Assembly (NCBI GenBank): GCA_020137815.1
Contig: CM035352.1
Coordinates: 3,286,001 to 3,350,000, forward strand
From: Hormiphora californensis
Lineage: Eukaryota > Animalia > Ctenophora
Length of the DNA stretch: 64,000 nt
Direction of reading: 5' to 3'
Of the stretch, positions 60,465-64,000 are shown piece by piece. The notes below the pieces were generated by a model, which did no database searches, had not been told where the DNA came from, and worked only from the letters and a program-made list of their open reading frames with translations. A program made the translations under genes and the position numbers. The number at the start of each line of letters is the position of its first letter. The stretch's first letter is position 1.

Positions 60465-62558
60465 GGGTACACCGACCGAAATTTTTTGTCGAGTGCAGGG
60501 CAATCTCTCACCGTAGGGTTGTAGGCCATGCCAAGGAGACCTCAAATATGCAATTTTAGCCCTTAAGTCGAATTCATATTTTTGCTACAGCTGTTTAAAA
60601 AATGTCCTGTAAATTCGTTTTTGGCATCTCAAAAAAATTTTTTTAAAGATAGGAGCATGAAAATTGGGGAATTTGAAGAGGACATGAAGGTGAATAACCA
60701 AAAAAAATTTTTTTGCAATCCGAGCTGATTTCCGGTCCTGAGATGGATTTCTTTTTTTCCACTTTAACGCCCTATTTGGCAAAGTTCCGAAAACATGTGA
60801 AAGCTGTAAATTGGTGAAAAGTTGCGTCTAACGATTATCTAAGTGGCCATAAATTTTGGGCGTATCCTTATTTGAGATAAGCTGTACAGAGTTTTTTTTG
60901 TGAAAGCCGTCATTTCAGAAATAAATAAATTCCCTGTATCTCAAAAACGGCTGATCGTAGAGACCTGAGACTATGCTTAAACGATTCAGAAGGTTCGATT
61001 TTGGGGGGGTCTTCTGAGAGACATTTTGCTCCTACTTCAACCGTTTTTGCTGTAATTGCGAAAAACAAAAATTCATCTTCGCCATCGTGGATTTTTTGTG
61101 ATTTTGTTTTTGGTGATTATAGGGACCCATATGGACCAAATAGTGAAGGAATTAGCTTGTTACACATTTTTCCATCGTTTCGGTCCTTTCCTAGCCAAAA
61201 TTCCCTAATTACAGGATATTGGAGTTTAGATTTTGCCCTTTTCATAGAATTTGTTTTTCGCAGTTACAGCAAAAACGGTTGAAGTAGGAGCAAAATGTCT
61301 CTCAGAAGACCCCCCCAAAATCGGACCTTCTGAATCGTTTAAGCATAGTCTCAGGTCTCTACGATCAGCCGTTTTTGAGATACAGGGAATTTATTTATTT
61401 CTGAAATGACGGCTTTCACAAAAAAAACTCTGTACAGCTTATCTCAAATAAGGATACGCCCAAAATTTATGGCCACTTAGATAATCGTTAGACGCAACTT
61501 TTCACCAATTTACAGCTTTCACATGTTTTCGGAACTTTGCCAAATAGGGCGTTAAAGTGGAAAAAAAGAAATCCATCTCAGGACCGGAAATCAGCTCGGA
61601 TTGCAAAAAAATTTTTTGTGGTTATTCACCTTCATGTCCTCTTCAAATTCCCCAATTTTCATGCTCCTATCTTTAAAAAAATTTTTTTGAGATGCCAAAA
61701 ACGAATTTACAGGACATTTTTTAAACAGCTGTAGCAAAAATATGAATTCGACTTAAGGGCTAAAATTGCATATTTGAGGTCTCCTTGGCATGGCCCCAGT
61801 GCCCCGAATTTCAGAAATCTAAAAAAATATTTTTCTAAGCCTTCAGCTAGGCTGCAAGATTCTATTCGCTAGGCTGCAAATTTTTGCTCGGTCTCGGCTG
61901 CTACGCAGCCTCGACCTCGCGACGTACGTCAGCATCGTAGAAGTTGGGCCAATAGAGAAAAAAGTACCATTTTCGGGGCAAAATCATCGTGCAGCCCAGA
62001 ATGGGAAAATTTCCTCAAAATTTTCTGCAGCCGGGCTGCAAGAATCTCGACACCGAAATACATATATGTATTTCACACTCTAATGAGGGGGATGGATATG
62101 TGACACCATTCTGAGACGCCCTGTTAGAGCATTGGCCTGACAGGGGACGCATTATTAGCAAAATCATCGTGCAGCCCAGAATGGGAAAATTTCTTCAAAA
62201 TTTTCTGCAGCCGGGCTGCAAGAATCTCGACACCGAAATACATATGTATTTCATACTCTAATGAGGGGGATGGATATGTGACACCATTCTGGGACGCCTT
62301 ATTAGCACTGTTAGCCAATACGGGATATTAAACACATGTGATTCGGGGAAGCTTATATTTCATATTTATATTTTCTGCAGCCCGGGCTGCAATATCAGTC
62401 GAGGTTATTTTATTTAGGCTGCAAAAAATCAGTCAGGCTGCAAATATTTGCTCAAAAAATTACACGGGTTTGCAATATCGGGGCACTGGGGGCATGGCCT
62501 ACAACCCTACGGTGAGAGATTGCCCTGCACTCGACAAAAAATTTCGGTCGGTGTACCC
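60465..62558. mobile_element. Kolobok-type foldback element related to 39108-40417, with a nested insertion in its right arm
   Basis: ttaa-GGGTACACCGACCG ... CGGTCGGTGTACCC-ttaa; shares GACCTCAAATATGCAATTTTAGCCC and TCTGAGAGACATTTTGCTCCTACT blocks with 39108-40417. Confidence 0.85.
61795..62490. mobile_element. Second CCCAGTG-ended 8-bp-TSD element, nested in the Kolobok arm
   Basis: CCCAGTGCCCCGA / TCGGGGCACTGGG; TSD GGCATGGC; the opposite arm (~60520) shows the empty site; internal ~180-bp tandem duplication. Confidence 0.88.
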
Positions 62559-62562
62559 TTAA

Positions 62563-63141
62563 AGGGCCTAAAAACCCAAATTTTATTTAATTATTTTGAA
62601 CACTACATCGTAACAAGCATGCTATTGGAGTCCTAAAAAACATAGGTACACGCCCCACCCGCCCAATGTGAGCCCAGGGGGAGCCCCTCATGTTGGGGCC
62701 AGTTGGGGTCCCTTTGTAAACGCGCTTGTACTCCTTGAAATGCTAACAATATGATCCTCTCTGAAATTTGAAGTTTTGGGTAAAATTTAGCCTTGTGTTT
62801 CAGGTGAGTACATAATCTTTCTTGTCTCTGTATTCTGGTAATTTTTCTCCTAGTTTTGGTAGGCTTAAATTATAATTGATGAGAAAGATTATGAAATCTA
62901 CTAAAACACAAGGATAGTTTCTATCCTAAATTTTATATTTGAGAGAGGATCATATTGTTAGCATTTCAAGTAGTACAATCGCGTTTACAAGGGGACCCCA
63001 AATGGGCCCCAACTTGAGGGCCCCCCCTGGGCTCACCTGGGGCCCGTGTGGCGTGTACCTATGTTTTTTGGGACTCCAATAGCATGCTTGTTACGATGGA
63101 GTGTTCAAAATAAATAAATAACATTTGGGTTTTTAGGCCCT
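62563..63141. mobile_element. Kolobok-type MITE sharing its left TTAA with the preceding element
   Basis: ttaa-AGGGCCTAAAAACCCAAAT ... ATTTGGGTTTTTAGGCCCT-ttaa. Confidence 0.82.
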
Positions 63142-63188
63142 TTAAACACGTTTTAATTTTTACATTTTCAAATTTCGAACTCTTCCTT

Positions 63189-64000
63189 ATGAACAAAGGG
63201 CAACCGACATGGGCCGCTGCCACCGTAAAGAGAGTCAGGATATGCACAGAGCAGTTGTTGGCAATGGGAATACCCCATGAGTGTGTAGCTACTTCTGTTG
63301 AACTGGTTACTGTCATGAGACGCATCTGTGTCAGGGTAAGTGCTGGTTACTGTTATGAGACGCATCTGTGTCAGGGTAAGTGCTGGTTACTGTTATGAGA
63401 CGCATCTGTGTCAGGGTAAGTGCTGGTTACTGTTATGAGACGCATCTGTGCCAGGGTAAGTGCTGGTTACTGTTATGAGACGCATCTGTGTCAGGGTAAG
63501 TGCTGGTTACTGTTATGAGACGCATCTGTGTCAGGGTAAGTGCTGGTTACTGTTATGAGACGCATCTGTGTCAGGGTAAGTGCTGGTTACTGTTATGAGA
63601 CGCATCTGTGTCAGGGTAAGTGCTGGTTACTGTTATGAGACGCATCTGTGTCAGGGTAAGTGCTGGTTACTGTTATGAGACGCATCTGTGTCAGGGTAAG
63701 TGCTGGTTACTGTTATGAGACGCATCTGTGTCAGGGTAAGTGCTGGTTACTGTTATGAAACGCATCTGTGTCAGGGTAAGTGTTCACAATGTTGACATTG
63801 TTAACATTGTCAATATTGTTAACATTAATTAATGTTAACACAATGTTGCTAATGTTGTGTTCACTTCATTCCACTAATGACACATGTGTTCATGTCGACA
63901 GATACCATCACCACACATCACTGTCCCAGAAGGACAGATATTATCGGTATCACTGGAATCGCACCACTTGCACGTGGCAAGGCAGTTCGTATACATCCAA
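63189..64000 (+). CDS. Unidentified + strand gene fragment (exon ending 63335; next exon 63902->64000)
   Basis: Open frame ..QLLAMGIPHECVATSVELVTVMRRICVR ends at AGG|GTAAGT; acceptor gtcgacag| continues in phase as IPSPHITVPEGQILSVSLESHHLHVARQFVYIQ. The 5' end is uncertain. Confidence 0.5.
63303..63782 (+). repeat. 12 x 40-bp tandem repeat, each unit containing a 5' splice-site consensus
   Basis: Unit CTGGTTACTGTTATGAGACGCATCTGTGTCAGG|GTAAGTG. Confidence 0.95.

Overview
Eukaryotic, intron-rich, transposon-dense genomic DNA, most likely from a ctenophore. This is an inference: I recall the 109-bp CAGGAACCGACCGA repeat from Pleurobrachia gene models, and the nested intronless GPCR and ciliary gene fit. 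Genes reconstructed from GT-AG exons: (1) the 5' part of a MIB2-like E3 ligase (-, runs off the left edge); (2) an 8-exon NAD-dependent epimerase/dehydratase (-, 3039-14848) with (3) an intronless class-A GPCR nested antisense in intron 1; (4) a PA14 + GT7 B4GALNT3/4-like glycosyltransferase (-); (5) the central-pair protein SPAG17/PF6 (-, ~36.2-60.2 kb), part of which appears twice with a 6033-bp offset, probably a haplotype or assembly artefact; (6) an unidentified + strand gene at the right edge. No intact transposase was found. At least ten non-autonomous element families can be delimited by their TIRs/TSDs or termini: hAT-, Tc1/mariner-, Kolobok- and Merlin-type, Helitron and Helentron/HINE. 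Best novelty candidates: a TATA-flanked ~680-bp element family whose 3' four-stem cloverleaf shows compensatory changes between two diverged subfamilies and which forms an A-B-A cluster; a Merlin-like element separating a SPAG17 splice acceptor from its exon; a 12x40-bp array of splice donors; a CCCAGTG-ended 8-bp-TSD family, one copy carrying a tRNA-derived Pol III promoter; and a same-phase partial exon duplicate. Scattered 1-nt indels suggest imperfect consensus quality, so frameshifts should be treated with caution.
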